Shown here one piece after another: positions 42,866-56,687 of a stretch of 64,000 nucleotides of DNA. The notes below the pieces were generated by a model, which had not been told where the DNA came from, searched no databases, and worked only from the letters and a program-made list of their open reading frames with translations. A program made the translations under genes and the position numbers. Positions within the stretch are counted from its first letter, which is position 1. Every line of letters begins with the position of its first letter. The stretch lies in the sequence record PP886230.1. One strand, 5' to 3'.

Positions 42866-44386
42866 ATGATTCAAAGCACAGTGGATGTGAAACAATATGG
42901 GATTAATGCACAACAATACTTATTATCTCAGATTTTCAGTAATCCTGATTTATATGTACGTTGTAAAAATATCCTTAAACCAGAATATTTTGATAAAACA
43001 TTTCATGAAAGTATTCAATACGTGCATGATTATGCTGCAAAATATAGTTCATCACCTACTTTGAAAGATATTGAAGTTAAAGGTGGTTATCAATACGATC
43101 AATATGAAGTTCAAGAATTACATAAACAATCAGTACTTGATACCTGTGGTGAATTTTGTCGCCATAAAGCATTAGCTTTAGCCGTTGAAAAAGGAATGGA
43201 ACTTGTCCATCAGAAAAAATATGGTGGAATCGAAGAACTAATCCGAGAAGCAATGTTGGTAACGGTACAGAATGAGTTAGGTTTGGATATTTTTGAAAAC
43301 CCTGAAGATACAATCCGCTCACTCAGTACAATGCAAGGATCATTTAAGAGTGGTTGGGAAACTCTTGATTACAAACTTTTCGGTGGATTTGGGCGTAGAG
43401 AGTTAGAGATCTTTGCTGCTGCATCAGGTGGTGGTAAATCAGTAGTACTGCAAAATTTAGCAGTTAACTTTGCGAAAGCTGGAATGAATGGTGCATACAT
43501 TTCACTTGAACTAGCTGAAGAGTTGGTTGCTGTTCGTATCTATGGTATGATGACTGAATCAAAACTCAGTAACGTAAAAAATGAAGCTGAAAAGATTGGA
43601 TTTGCTGTTAAAGTTGAAGGTAAAAACAGTGGTATGTTGCGTATTAAACGCTTACCTGAATCTGTAACAACCACAGACGATATTGAAAGTTATCTACGTG
43701 AATTACAAATTAAGATGGAAATCAAACTTGATTATGTATGCGTGGACTATTTGGATCTATTAACTTCTAATCGTCTTGGACCAAATGATAAATCCAATAC
43801 ATTTACTAAAGATAAATTTGTATCAGAAGAATTACGTGCTCTTGCATCCAAAATGGATTTGACTGTTTTCACTGCATCTCAGTTTAACCGTAGTGGTATG
43901 GACGAAGATAAGAAAAGTCAAAGTCAGATTGCTGGTGGTATTTCAAAAATTTATACTGCTGATAACGTAATTTATATTGAAGCAAAAAAAGAAACTGGCG
44001 AACTATGGTTTGATTTCCAAAAAACACGTAACAGTAGTGCAGTAGGTTCCCGTTTGCGTATGTCATATGATATTGATTCATTGAGAGTTCTTGACCACGC
44101 AACTACAGTACAACAAATGGAAACCGAAGGTAATGGATTCCGTCACAGCGGGGTTTCTAAGATTGGTGGAGGGAACATGGCGTTACCACCCAGCACTATG
44201 CAAACATTACGTCATTCGCTTTCTGGTGCAGCTAAATCACCATCTGTGCAACCTGACAATACAGTAACACTAAATACTGATAGTGCTCCTAACTCTACGA
44301 CACAAAACGAAATACAGAATCCACAGACACATGCTGGTACTGATCGTGTTCATGCAATGAAGCAATGGTTAAATCAAAGGAAATGA
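42866..44386 (+). CDS. gp41: DnaB-like replicative helicase (gp41)
   Basis: AASGGGKS, ISLELAE, VDYLDL, SEELRALA, TASQFNR, KTRNS. Confidence 0.93.
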   Translation: MIQSTVDVKQYGINAQQYLLSQIFSNPDLYVRCKNILKPEYFDKTFHESIQYVHDYAAKYSSSPTLKDIEVKGGYQYDQYEVQELHKQSVLDTCGEFCRHKALALAVEKGMELVHQKKYGGIEELIREAMLVTVQNELGLDIFENPEDTIRSLSTMQGSFKSGWETLDYKLFGGFGRRELEIFAAASGGGKSVVLQNLAVNFAKAGMNGAYISLELAEELVAVRIYGMMTESKLSNVKNEAEKIGFAVKVEGKNSGMLRIKRLPESVTTTDDIESYLRELQIKMEIKLDYVCVDYLDLLTSNRLGPNDKSNTFTKDKFVSEELRALASKMDLTVFTASQFNRSGMDEDKKSQSQIAGGISKIYTADNVIYIEAKKETGELWFDFQKTRNSSAVGSRLRMSYDIDSLRVLDHATTVQQMETEGNGFRHSGVSKIGGGNMALPPSTMQTLRHSLSGAAKSPSVQPDNTVTLNTDSAPNSTTQNEIQNPQTHAGTDRVHAMKQWLNQRK

Positions 44387-44389
44387 TAA

Positions 44390-44662
44390 ATGTCTAGTAA
44401 ATCCAATAAAAAGAATCTACTTGATAGTATAGTTGACTATACGCCAGAGAAAGATACATTACAGAGTTTTAGTAATCGTGCCGACCACGCAATAAACTCT
44501 GTGATTCATTTATTGGAGAGCATTGAAGATGAGTTTAACCAAACTGATGCTGAAGATTTAAAAAAACGCTTATTTCTAAGTATAAAAAACCGAGATTATA
44601 AAAAGTTTCAAAAAGGGTTAGAGAATATAGCACTTGATGAAAAACGTAATAAAGGAAATTAA
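44390..44662 (+). CDS. Hypothetical protein
   Basis: 90-aa ORF. Confidence 0.7.
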   Translation: MSSKSNKKNLLDSIVDYTPEKDTLQSFSNRADHAINSVIHLLESIEDEFNQTDAEDLKKRLFLSIKNRDYKKFQKGLENIALDEKRNKGN

Positions 44663-44663
44663 T

Positions 44664-44828
44664 ATGAAGAAAAAGAATATCAAAGAAAATGCATCTTCTG
44701 GAGCTACTTCAGCAGGTGCTATTGCATCAGTCAGTACTGGTTTACATTATCCATTACATCGTAGATTGCCTCCTACTAACTTCTTTGGATACAAAGTCGT
44801 AGAGAAAAAAGATAAGGACAAAGAATGA
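44664..44828 (+). CDS. Small head-associated protein (hypothetical)
   Basis: MKKKNIKENASSGATSAGAIA; AAAGGA RBS. Confidence 0.6.
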   Translation: MKKKNIKENASSGATSAGAIASVSTGLHYPLHRRLPPTNFFGYKVVEKKDKDKE

Positions 44829-45217
44829 AACCATATACATTCTACACAATTCACACTGTAGTAGATATTGGTGATGGTAAAACCCCAACAATCATAGATT
44901 CTAAGTTCACTGGTGCTATGAACTTGTCTAGGTTGTTGGAAGCTATTATGGTATATGACTATCCAATGATGGTAAGCGTTGTTAAAAATGAAGTCGATTT
45001 ATATAAAGATAATAATTCATCTTTTTATAACATGCCAATTTCTTGGGGAAAATGTACCATAAGCACATTCAAATTCGCATTACCAATGGATGTCGAACTT
45101 CGTTTGAATGGTATACCATTGGTTCTACCAACCGAATTAAATGGAAAACGAATAACAAAATTTATCACATCTGGTGATGATATTAACATTAGCATCAGCA
45201 AACAGACCTTTTCTTAA
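44825..45217 (+). CDS. Hypothetical (probable virion) protein
   Basis: 130 aa, ATGA overlap with previous gene. Confidence 0.65.
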   Translation: MKPYTFYTIHTVVDIGDGKTPTIIDSKFTGAMNLSRLLEAIMVYDYPMMVSVVKNEVDLYKDNNSSFYNMPISWGKCTISTFKFALPMDVELRLNGIPLVLPTELNGKRITKFITSGDDINISISKQTFS

Positions 45218-45273
45218 TTGTGATAAATATCATAAAGCAAGACAGAGGTCTTTTTATTTTATATGGAGAAATT

Positions 45274-46218
45274 ATGGATATAAACCAAACAGCAACTGAA
45301 CTTCAAAAGTTCGCAGATGCACATAATTTGAATGTTGATGTTTCTGTTATTCTTGATAATATGGATGCAGGTGATTTTATCACTTTAAATTCTGCGATTG
45401 ATAATTCTGACAATCGTGAAATATTCCAAATTTTACAAAAATACAAAGCACAGATGAGTGAATGTTATAATTATTTTAGTACTAAAAATGTTAACAAACA
45501 TATTAATGAAAGTACTGAACTTCATAGTATTGTTGATTCAATGTCACTAAAGCAATTAGCAGAAGAGTATCATAAAAATTATACATATTCAGATATAACA
45601 AAACTAACCACACAAGAATTAAAAGCAATTGTATTTGAAGATTTACAAAATCAAGCCACACAAATGCAAGCAAAACAAATTGCTAAAATGAATGTTTCTC
45701 AGGGTCAACAACAAGTCAATCCACAAACTCAAGCTAAAATGAAACAAGCTGAGTTGCAAAGAAATGCTAATAATATGAAAGTTAGTGTTCCTGGTACACA
45801 AAGCGGGACAGATTCGGTTGAACCTGTAGTTGGTGTTGACCCAGGACAAACACCGGAGCAATCATTAGTTATTACTAAAAGTGGGACCAAGCCAAATGAG
45901 TTGAACGTTTTTCCTTTGAGTGATGTTAATCCTATTGATAATCAAAATAATCCAATTCGAGAAGAAAAATCTCCACAAGAAATTAACAGTGAACTTATGG
46001 CTAATTCCAGTTTAGAGCCTGATAGTAATCCTGATACACCATCACCATTGTCACATCATGCACCTGGTATGGGCGAAATGATACATGCAATTTCTGATAT
46101 TGAAAAAGAAGATGATATCTATGGTGATGAAAGTGTTATGGCAAACACATCACAATCTGATAATGATGACATGGTAGACCAAATTATCGATTTCTGTCAT
46201 CGTATGCGAGGTCGTTAA
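45274..46218 (+). CDS. Hypothetical head-associated protein
   Basis: Late promoter GATAAATA 45222-45229; GGAGA RBS; INE/S site, Gln-rich centre. Confidence 0.65.
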   Translation: MDINQTATELQKFADAHNLNVDVSVILDNMDAGDFITLNSAIDNSDNREIFQILQKYKAQMSECYNYFSTKNVNKHINESTELHSIVDSMSLKQLAEEYHKNYTYSDITKLTTQELKAIVFEDLQNQATQMQAKQIAKMNVSQGQQQVNPQTQAKMKQAELQRNANNMKVSVPGTQSGTDSVEPVVGVDPGQTPEQSLVITKSGTKPNELNVFPLSDVNPIDNQNNPIREEKSPQEINSELMANSSLEPDSNPDTPSPLSHHAPGMGEMIHAISDIEKEDDIYGDESVMANTSQSDNDDMVDQIIDFCHRMRGR

Positions 46219-46436
46219 TGAGAACAGTACTAAATGTGCATGGTCACAATACAATGGTTTCTAATGAAGAATATAAACTATTACAAAAGATAAAAGCACG
46301 CGGTACTGTTCCAGTTGAAAAGGTAAATGAATATTATCAGGAATTAGCTGATAAGATGGTATCACGTGGTGTTCTAAATAAAATAGAAAATGATGACGGT
46401 ACTGAATCTTACCAAACAGTTAGGAGTAGTAAATGA
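46218..46436 (+). CDS. Hypothetical protein
   Basis: 72 aa, coupled ORF. Confidence 0.65.
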   Translation: MRTVLNVHGHNTMVSNEEYKLLQKIKARGTVPVEKVNEYYQELADKMVSRGVLNKIENDDGTESYQTVRSSK

Positions 46437-47110
46437 ATTACGAATATGATCAACAATCAGTTAATCAGATGGCTGATTTGTTAAGTGGATTGAATGACAT
46501 TGAAGCTGGTGAAACACATAACGCATCTGGGGTTCCATATAAAACTGGTGGTGATATCGGTGCTATGGCTTCTATTTTAACTTCATTAAATGAAGCAGGT
46601 ATGGATTATGGGGTTGACCCAGAGCAACAACACCCACAAGTTGTTCCATACTATGCACCATACAACGAACATATGCTTGGACATCAATCAGTACAACCTG
46701 TAGTTCAACGAACTCCAGCTAAACCAAAAACTAATTGGAGTTTAGTGGAAGAAAAAGTACAAGGTACTAAATCTACTAAAGTTTATAGCATTAAGTGTAA
46801 TCATAGTTCACAAATTATCATGAATAATATTATGATGTATGAAGCAGCACTTACATTAGTTAATCTTCTCAATGAAGGAAGAATGTTGACAGATGCAAAA
46901 GTACTTGGTATAATCAGTTCGGGTCTTCAATACACGAATGTGATTAGTGAAGCATTGAAAGCAGCCCAGAAACGTCAACGCGTACTTAATGAATCGAAGT
47001 ATGATGAAGCAAAAGATTTAGATATAATTATTGCAGAAAAGAAAGCTGAAGCGTATAAATTAAAAGAGCGTGTATTAAACTTTCTAAAAGGCGAAGGTTA
47101 TATAAAGTAA
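46433..47110 (+). CDS. Hypothetical head-associated protein
   Basis: 225 aa, LNE sites. Confidence 0.65.
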   Translation: MNYEYDQQSVNQMADLLSGLNDIEAGETHNASGVPYKTGGDIGAMASILTSLNEAGMDYGVDPEQQHPQVVPYYAPYNEHMLGHQSVQPVVQRTPAKPKTNWSLVEEKVQGTKSTKVYSIKCNHSSQIIMNNIMMYEAALTLVNLLNEGRMLTDAKVLGIISSGLQYTNVISEALKAAQKRQRVLNESKYDEAKDLDIIIAEKKAEAYKLKERVLNFLKGEGYIK

Positions 47111-47142
47111 ATAAATGAGTGATATTTTATAAGGAAATACAA

Positions 47143-47775
47143 ATGTCAAAATATAAAAAACTAATGGAAGCAGCTTCTCGTGCAGAAGCTATGAAGTTTA
47201 TTCAACTAAATGAATCTAATATTGAAAAAGCAGAAATTGTTCTTTCAGTAAAAGGTGAGATTGTGGATAAACTCCAACGTCAATCTGAGGTTATTAACAA
47301 CATGGGTGTTGACGTACTAGGCCCACTACTTGACCGTATTAAAGCCGAGCAAGGTCTAGATGCTGCACAAAATTTTAGTGATAATGTTCGTCATCTACTA
47401 CAACATGCAGTTACTACCTTAATGGATGTAAAAGACAAAATCAGTACTGAAACACTTAAACTAACTGGTGATATCACTGACGGTCCAGATGTTTCTGATA
47501 TTGGAAGTGAAGATGTTGATATTGATATTGCAGCAGATACCCCAACTTTTGATATGGATGCAGACGCAGACTTTGAAGAAGACATTATCTCTGAGCCAGT
47601 ACCAACTGAACGTGAAATGAAAGAATCTGTTAAACCAAGTAAAGTTGGTGTAAAAATGGAAAGTATTCGCGGAACTGTGGGTACTAAATACTTTAGTTCA
47701 AAAGAAGAAATGAAAACATGGCTTTCTGAGAATGAAAAGAAAGTTAAACGTGTTCTAGGATACGTTAAAAAATAA
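47143..47775 (+). CDS. Hypothetical head-associated protein
   Basis: 210 aa, LME/A and LNE/S sites, acidic linker, CTA-biased codons. Confidence 0.65.
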   Translation: MSKYKKLMEAASRAEAMKFIQLNESNIEKAEIVLSVKGEIVDKLQRQSEVINNMGVDVLGPLLDRIKAEQGLDAAQNFSDNVRHLLQHAVTTLMDVKDKISTETLKLTGDITDGPDVSDIGSEDVDIDIAADTPTFDMDADADFEEDIISEPVPTEREMKESVKPSKVGVKMESIRGTVGTKYFSSKEEMKTWLSENEKKVKRVLGYVKK

Positions 47776-47791
47776 TTAAGGACAATTCTAC

Positions 47792-48127
47792 ATGAGATTT
47801 CGTGATCTTACTGAAGAGGCTCCTGGTAAAGATATACGCAATATGATTACTACTATTGCGTTGTCTTTAGTGTCCACGGGTCGAGAAGAAGTAAATGTTC
47901 AATCTTTGATTTCTGAAATTAAAAAGAGAACCAACATCGATGTTCCATACAATGTAATGATGGACATTTTGAATTCCCTTCCTTTTGTACAGGATGCTAA
48001 TTCTGATGTTGTAACTTTTGCAGGAAATTCAGCAGAAGGTTCAGAAGAAGTCGAGCAAGATTCTGAAGAGCAAGTTGAAGATTGGGCCACAAAAGCTGCT
48101 GTGACAGCAAATAAACAAAAAAACTGA
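47792..48127 (+). CDS. Hypothetical protein
   Basis: 111 aa, MRFRDLTE start. Confidence 0.65.
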   Translation: MRFRDLTEEAPGKDIRNMITTIALSLVSTGREEVNVQSLISEIKKRTNIDVPYNVMMDILNSLPFVQDANSDVVTFAGNSAEGSEEVEQDSEEQVEDWATKAAVTANKQKN

Positions 48128-48153
48128 GACAAATTAAAATATAATGCTATAAT
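48126..48153 (+). promoter_or_regulatory. Middle-type promoter (exonuclease)
   Basis: GAGACA-N16-TATAAT with TG extension. Confidence 0.72.
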
Positions 48154-48166
48154 TAGGAGTACACGG

Positions 48167-48886
48167 ATGTACACACCACCAATTGTTAGCAGATATACAT
48201 ATGTTGGTTACAATAGAATTGAAGGCGGCCCAGAAGGTCGCCTTTATTCAACTCCAACAGGTAATCTGCCGTCAGTAACAACAATTCTAAGTGCGACCTC
48301 GAATGACGAAGGTTTAAAGAAATGGAGAGAATTTGTTGGTGAAGAAAAGGCTAATGAGATTACATTAGAAGCATGTACAGTTGGTACTTTTATGCATGAG
48401 AACTTGGAATTTAGATTGGAAGGAAAGCCAGACCATGAAGGCGGTATGCCAATTCGAGTTCTTGCACGTAGAATGGCTGACAAAATTCAGCAAGAAGCAT
48501 GGCCTAGAATTAATGAAGTATGGGGACAGGAAGTCCCATTGTACTATGAAGGTTTATGGGCCGGAACAACTGATTTAGTAGGTGTTCATGATGGAATCCC
48601 AACCATTATGGATTATAAAAATTCCCGTAAAGTTAAGAAGTGGGGACAAATCGAAAATTATCGTATGCAAATTGCAGCATATGCATTAGCCCATAATCAA
48701 ATGTTTGGTACTAATATAGAACGTGGTGTGATTTTCATCTGTGTAAGAAAAGATCCTAACAATCTACAATATCAAGAGTTTGTCATAGAAGGTCAGGACT
48801 TCAAAGATGCAGTCAATATGTGGATTGAACGTGTAGAACAATACTATATTTTACGTGGAGAAATTGAATCAAATGGAGCAGCATAA
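48167..48886 (+). CDS. PD-(D/E)xK exonuclease (Cas4/RecB-like phage nuclease)
   Basis: LPSVTTIL, GT.MH..LE, AGTTDL, IMDYK, Q.AAYA. Confidence 0.85.
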   Translation: MYTPPIVSRYTYVGYNRIEGGPEGRLYSTPTGNLPSVTTILSATSNDEGLKKWREFVGEEKANEITLEACTVGTFMHENLEFRLEGKPDHEGGMPIRVLARRMADKIQQEAWPRINEVWGQEVPLYYEGLWAGTTDLVGVHDGIPTIMDYKNSRKVKKWGQIENYRMQIAAYALAHNQMFGTNIERGVIFICVRKDPNNLQYQEFVIEGQDFKDAVNMWIERVEQYYILRGEIESNGAA

Positions 48887-49427
48887 AAAAATGAAACAAG
48901 ATCTATATACAATTCGTGCACTAGTAAGTAAAGGTTATGATTTAGAAGAAGTAATTAAACTTAGTGAAGAAGAGATTGATAAACTTGATTTATCAAATAA
49001 GCTAATTCTAAATATCAAAGATTATAAACAACGTGGTGCTAAACCTGTTGAAGAAATTAAAGAACAAATTGCACAAGATATTAGTGTTGATGAAGTATCA
49101 CGCAATGTACCACCAGAAGTTATCCAAGAGTATGTTGTTGATAGTGAAGAACAAGTTAAAGTTTCTGAAGAAGTTGAAATTATTGCAGAAGAACTTGCTC
49201 CTGAATTGGAAGAAGATGAAGTTGTTATTGAGCGTGTTGTTTCATCTAAAGAAGATTTGGACATTATCAAAGAAGCATTACAGACTAAAGAATTTAAAAG
49301 TGTTTCCAACTATGTTAAACATTTAAAATCTTTAGTACCAGAACAAATTTTATCTTCTGTAGATAGCTCAGTTGTATCTCAACTAATTAATGAGCGTATT
49401 GCGGAAGTTAAAGAAAAAGCTAAATAA
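48873..49427 (+). CDS. Acidic hypothetical protein
   Basis: 184 aa, Glu/Val-rich. Confidence 0.65.
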   Translation: MEQHKKMKQDLYTIRALVSKGYDLEEVIKLSEEEIDKLDLSNKLILNIKDYKQRGAKPVEEIKEQIAQDISVDEVSRNVPPEVIQEYVVDSEEQVKVSEEVEIIAEELAPELEEDEVVIERVVSSKEDLDIIKEALQTKEFKSVSNYVKHLKSLVPEQILSSVDSSVVSQLINERIAEVKEKAK

Positions 49428-49455
49428 TCCTATAATACTATAGGAGATAGTTTTT

Positions 49456-50037
49456 ATGGCACAACAACAAATTGCTTTACAACAAGTAAGAACTGGTAAA
49501 CAGAGAGACTTACCTGATGCATTAGAAAAAGGTCAGATAGGATTCAGTACTGATGTGGGTCGTGTTTTTATTGGCCTTCCATCATCATCTGACCCCGCCA
49601 GCTTAGTTGCAGGTAGAACTTGGACTACTGATCCAAATTCAGGTAAAGAAAACGTAGAAATAATTACAGAATTTTCACCGTGGAGAACGGTATCAAAAAT
49701 AATTAACAGACCGTTTAAAGTTGATCTTCCACAAAATCAAGAAAGTATAGAAGTTATTCTTGAAAGTGAAAGTAGAGTATTCATCGATTATATTGCATAT
49801 GATGATACCGAAACGGTTTTGGAATCAGGAACTATTCAAATTGTAGCTGCTGGCACAAACACGATGATTGCACAGTCAAATAATACAAATAGAACTGACG
49901 CAATTATTTCTATCTCATTTGAAGATCCTGCATATGATTCTACAACTGGAAATATGCAATTTAACATAGTTAACTCGGATTATTTAAATTCAGGATATCA
50001 TATAGAATTTGTATATCGTGGGTGGGACAAACCTTAA
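49456..50037 (+). CDS. Probable virion structural protein
   Basis: N-terminal Q.R.G....LP..L..G.IGF.TD..R.FIG motif typical of fibre/tropism-type N-termini. Confidence 0.6.
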   Translation: MAQQQIALQQVRTGKQRDLPDALEKGQIGFSTDVGRVFIGLPSSSDPASLVAGRTWTTDPNSGKENVEIITEFSPWRTVSKIINRPFKVDLPQNQESIEVILESESRVFIDYIAYDDTETVLESGTIQIVAAGTNTMIAQSNNTNRTDAIISISFEDPAYDSTTGNMQFNIVNSDYLNSGYHIEFVYRGWDKP

Positions 50038-50100
50038 AAGGCGTCCCGCCTTTTTCTTCCACTAAAAAAAGAAATTTACATCAAAAAACAAGGATGACAC

Positions 50101-52419
50101 ATGATTAACGTAACCAAGCGTAATGGAATGAAAGAGCCGTTATCATTGGATAAGATCCATCAAATTTTATTTTTCGCTGCTGAAGGTTTAAGTGGTATTT
50201 CAGTTTCTGAAATTGAAATCCGAGCACAACTTCAGTTTTATGAAGGTATTGAAACTAGTACTATTCATGATATTCTAATAAAAGCAGCAGCAGAACTTAT
50301 TTCTGAAGATACGCCTAACTATCAATACGTTGCTGGAAGATTATTAAACTATAGTATTCGTAAGCAAGTATATGGACAGTATGACCCAATTAAGTATACT
50401 GCTCATCTTCAAGAAATGGTAGATACTAAAATATATGATCCTGAAATTTTGGAGAAATATACTCTTCAAGAAATAGAAGAGCTTGGGCGTTATATCAAAC
50501 ATAAGCGTGACGACAAATTTACTTATGTTGCTATGCGTCAGTGGGAAGGAAAGTATCTTTATAAAAACCGAGTCACTAAGAAAATTTATGAAACCCCACA
50601 AATGGCATATATGACTATTGCAGCAATCATCTTTATGGAGTATGATCGTTCTGTACGTATGTCATATGTTAAAAAGTTTTATGACGCAGTAAGTAATTTT
50701 GACATCAGTCTTCCAACACCTATTATGGCAGGTCTACGTACTAATACACGTCAGTTTAGTTCTTGTGTAGTACTGAACGTTGGTGATAGTTTAGATAGCA
50801 TTGGTTCATCAAATCACGCTATTCTACGTTATATCTCACGCAAAGCTGGACTAGGTATTAATATGGGCCGCATTCGTGCTCTAGACTCTGAGATTCGTTC
50901 AGGTGATGCAGTACATACTGGGTTGATTCCTTTTATCGCAGCAACTGCTAAGACCGTTAAAAGCTGCTCACAGGGTGGTGTGCGTGGTGGTGCAGCAACT
51001 GTTCACTTTCCATTGTGGCATTTGGAATTTGATAACCTAGTTGTACTTAAAAATAACAAAGGTACAGAGTTTAACCGTGTACGTCAACTAGACTATTGTT
51101 TCCAAGTAAACAAAACTTTATATCAACGTTTGGTTGATGGAAAGAATATTACATTCTTTAGTCCTAATGAAGTCCCTGGGCTATATGAAGCATTCTGTTC
51201 TGACCAAAAAGAATTTGAAAAACTATATAAAAAATACGAAGCTGACCAAAGCATCCGTAAAAAATCCGTTCCTGCTGTGGAAGTATTCAGTACTCTAATG
51301 ACTGAACGTGCAGAAACTGGTCGTATCTATATTCAAAATATTGACCATGCAAACACTCACTCAACATTTGTTGAATCAATTGCACCAATCGAACAATCCA
51401 ACTTGTGTCAAGAAATCGCACTACCATCTGTGCCATTTGATGATATTAATACTGGTGAAGGTTTGATTAGCCTATGTACTTTGAGTGCAATTAACTGGGG
51501 TAACTTTGATAAACCAGAAGATATGGAAACTGCATGTGATCTTTCTGTTCGTGCTCTTGATTCACTATTGGACTATCAAGACTACCCAGTAGTTCATGCT
51601 GACCGAGCAACAAAAATGTATCGTCCACTAGGTGTTGGTATTATTAACTTTGCATACTTCCTTGCTAAACGTGGTTTACGTTATAATGAAGCAGCACTAG
51701 AAACAGTTAACGAGTGGGCTGAAGCATGGTCTTACTATCTAATTAAATCTTCTGTACAGCTTGCTAAAGAGAAAGGTAAGTGTGAAGGATTTGATAATCT
51801 AAAATATGCCAAAGGTATCCTTCCAATCGATACTTATAAATCGGACATTGATGAATTAGTAACTAAAGAACTAAAACAAGATTGGGAATCCTTACGTGCC
51901 GATATCAAAGAATATGGTATTCGTAACGCAACAACAATGGCATTAATGCCAGCAGAAACAAGTGCACAAATCAGTAACAGTACTAACGGTATTGAAAAGC
52001 CACGTTCTCTTGTAACGAAGAAACTATCTAAGGATGGTATTCTTAAACAAGTAGTTCCAGAAATCAATAAGTTGAAAAACAAATATGATTTACTATGGGA
52101 TCAGAAAGATAACATTGGTTATCTACAAATCTGTGGTGTTCTACAAAAATACATTGACCAAAGTATCAGTGTTAATACTAGTTATAACCCAATACACTTC
52201 CCTGATGGTAAGTTGCCAATGTCAACTCTTCTAACTGAACTTATGTATGCATATAAAGTTGGTTTGAAAAATCTTTATTATCATAATACAAATGATGGTT
52301 CAGATGAAGTAGACGTTGAAAAAGTACTGAAAGAAGCTGCCAAACCAGAATCTGGACAATTTGTATTACCATCACTTCCTGATTTGGATGAAGGTGATTG
52401 TGATAGTTGTAAAATCTAA
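50101..52419 (+). CDS. nrdA: Ribonucleotide reductase class Ia alpha subunit with ATP cone
   Basis: VTKRNG ATP cone, QFSSCV, QGGVRGG, QSNLCQE, MPAETS, LYY, C-terminal CDSC. Confidence 0.97.
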   Translation: MINVTKRNGMKEPLSLDKIHQILFFAAEGLSGISVSEIEIRAQLQFYEGIETSTIHDILIKAAAELISEDTPNYQYVAGRLLNYSIRKQVYGQYDPIKYTAHLQEMVDTKIYDPEILEKYTLQEIEELGRYIKHKRDDKFTYVAMRQWEGKYLYKNRVTKKIYETPQMAYMTIAAIIFMEYDRSVRMSYVKKFYDAVSNFDISLPTPIMAGLRTNTRQFSSCVVLNVGDSLDSIGSSNHAILRYISRKAGLGINMGRIRALDSEIRSGDAVHTGLIPFIAATAKTVKSCSQGGVRGGAATVHFPLWHLEFDNLVVLKNNKGTEFNRVRQLDYCFQVNKTLYQRLVDGKNITFFSPNEVPGLYEAFCSDQKEFEKLYKKYEADQSIRKKSVPAVEVFSTLMTERAETGRIYIQNIDHANTHSTFVESIAPIEQSNLCQEIALPSVPFDDINTGEGLISLCTLSAINWGNFDKPEDMETACDLSVRALDSLLDYQDYPVVHADRATKMYRPLGVGIINFAYFLAKRGLRYNEAALETVNEWAEAWSYYLIKSSVQLAKEKGKCEGFDNLKYAKGILPIDTYKSDIDELVTKELKQDWESLRADIKEYGIRNATTMALMPAETSAQISNSTNGIEKPRSLVTKKLSKDGILKQVVPEINKLKNKYDLLWDQKDNIGYLQICGVLQKYIDQSISVNTSYNPIHFPDGKLPMSTLLTELMYAYKVGLKNLYYHNTNDGSDEVDVEKVLKEAAKPESGQFVLPSLPDLDEGDCDSCKI

Positions 52420-52473
52420 TTTAAGATCCCGCTTCGGCGGGATTATTATTTCAAAATATATAAAGGAATATAT

Positions 52474-53598
52474 ATGTCAGTTTTCAAAATTAACGAGAAG
52501 TCTCACCTAGAAAAAAATATGTTTTTTGATGAAAGTGTTGATATCCAACGCTTTGAAAGTAACAAATACTCTACACTTGAAAAACTAACAGAGCAACAGA
52601 AAAGTTTCTTCTGGACTCCTGGTGAAGTTGACGTATCTAAAGATAAAATTGATTTTGCCAACCTTAATGATTCCGAGAAGCACATTTTTACCTCTAACTT
52701 GAAACGTCAAATTCTTCTTGATTCCGTACAAGGTCGTGGTCCAAACCTAATGTTACTTCCATATGCATCTCTACCTGAACTAGAGAACTTTATAGAGACA
52801 TGGGCATTCTTTGAAGGTGCGATTCATAGCAAATCATACACTCACATTATTCGTAACATTTATCCTAATCCATCTGAAGTATTTGATACTATGTTGGACA
52901 TTCCAGAAATCACAGATTGTGCGGCTGATGTTTCCAAATACTACGATGAACTTGATGTATTAGGAACTTTATACCGTGCATTGGGCGTTGGGACACATAC
53001 AATCAATGGTGAAACAGTTGAAATTAGTTTGTACGAACTAAAGAAAAAACTTTGGTTGTGTCTGAATAGTATTAACATTCTTGAAGGTGTTCGTTTTTAT
53101 GCAAGCTTTGCGTGTTCTTGGGCGTTTGCTGAAAACAATCTAATGGAAGGTAATGCTAAGATTATCCGTCTAATCTGTCGTGATGAAAACCTACACCTAG
53201 CAGCAACCCAAATGATTCTACGTCTTCTGAAAAAAGAAGATCCAGATATGGTAAAAATAGCAGAAGAGTGTTATGATGAAGTACTGGAAATGTTTATGTC
53301 TGCTATCCGTCAAGAAGAAGCTTGGGCAGACTTCCTCTTTAAAGATGGTTCAATCATTGGGCTGAATGCAGAAATCCTAAAACAATATGTTCGTTGGATT
53401 GGTTCTAAGCGTATGACTGCACTAGGAATTAAATGTCCATATACCGTATCTAAGAGTAACCCACTACCTTGGACTGAGCATTGGGTTAGTGGTGGTTCAG
53501 TACAAGTTGCACCACAAGAAACTGAAATAAGTTCTTATATCATTGGTGGTATTGTGAATGATATCCAAGTAGATACATTCACACCGTTCAAACTATAA
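52474..53598 (+). CDS. nrdB: Ribonucleotide reductase class Ia beta subunit
   Basis: FFWTPGE, QILLDSVQGR, IHSKSYTH, LEGVRFY, RDENLH, APQETE. Confidence 0.97.
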   Translation: MSVFKINEKSHLEKNMFFDESVDIQRFESNKYSTLEKLTEQQKSFFWTPGEVDVSKDKIDFANLNDSEKHIFTSNLKRQILLDSVQGRGPNLMLLPYASLPELENFIETWAFFEGAIHSKSYTHIIRNIYPNPSEVFDTMLDIPEITDCAADVSKYYDELDVLGTLYRALGVGTHTINGETVEISLYELKKKLWLCLNSINILEGVRFYASFACSWAFAENNLMEGNAKIIRLICRDENLHLAATQMILRLLKKEDPDMVKIAEECYDEVLEMFMSAIRQEEAWADFLFKDGSIIGLNAEILKQYVRWIGSKRMTALGIKCPYTVSKSNPLPWTEHWVSGGSVQVAPQETEISSYIIGGIVNDIQVDTFTPFKL

Positions 53599-53610
53599 AT
53601 TCTAACTAAC

Positions 53611-53635
53611 AGGGATTCTATGAATCCCTTTTCTT
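53611..53635 (+). terminator. Intrinsic terminator after nrdB
   Basis: AGGGATTC-TAT-GAATCCCT plus TTTCTT. Confidence 0.75.
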
Positions 53636-53648
53636 ATGGGTATAATAT

Positions 53649-55249
<1,601 letters not shown>

Positions 55250-55250
55250 T

Positions 55251-55283
55251 AAAAAAGGAGCAACAAAATGTTGCTCCTTTTAT
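55251..55283. terminator. Bidirectional intrinsic terminator
   Basis: AAAGGAGCAACA-AAA-TGTTGCTCCTTT between convergent genes. Confidence 0.85.
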
Positions 55284-55284
55284 T

Positions 55285-56687
<1,403 letters not shown>

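Noticed and set aside
48167-48886. Cas4-like nuclease as evidence of a CRISPR system
   Set aside because: No cas1/cas2, array or Fe-S cysteines; PD-(D/E)xK exonucleases of this type are common in T4-like phages
50023-50029. TGGGACA upstream of nrdA as another middle promoter
   Set aside because: No -10 at the 16-nt position; the sequence is one arm of a terminator-like hairpin
52801-52850. NrdB iron ligand spacing FEGAIH (ExxxH) instead of ExxH
   Set aside because: All other ligands and the radical Tyr are intact, and I recall one-residue insertions here in other phage NrdBs; not distinctive enough
53641-53646. TATAAT just upstream of the Hfq-like ORF as a leaderless promoter
   Set aside because: The predicted +1 would fall after the ATG and there is no matching upstream box
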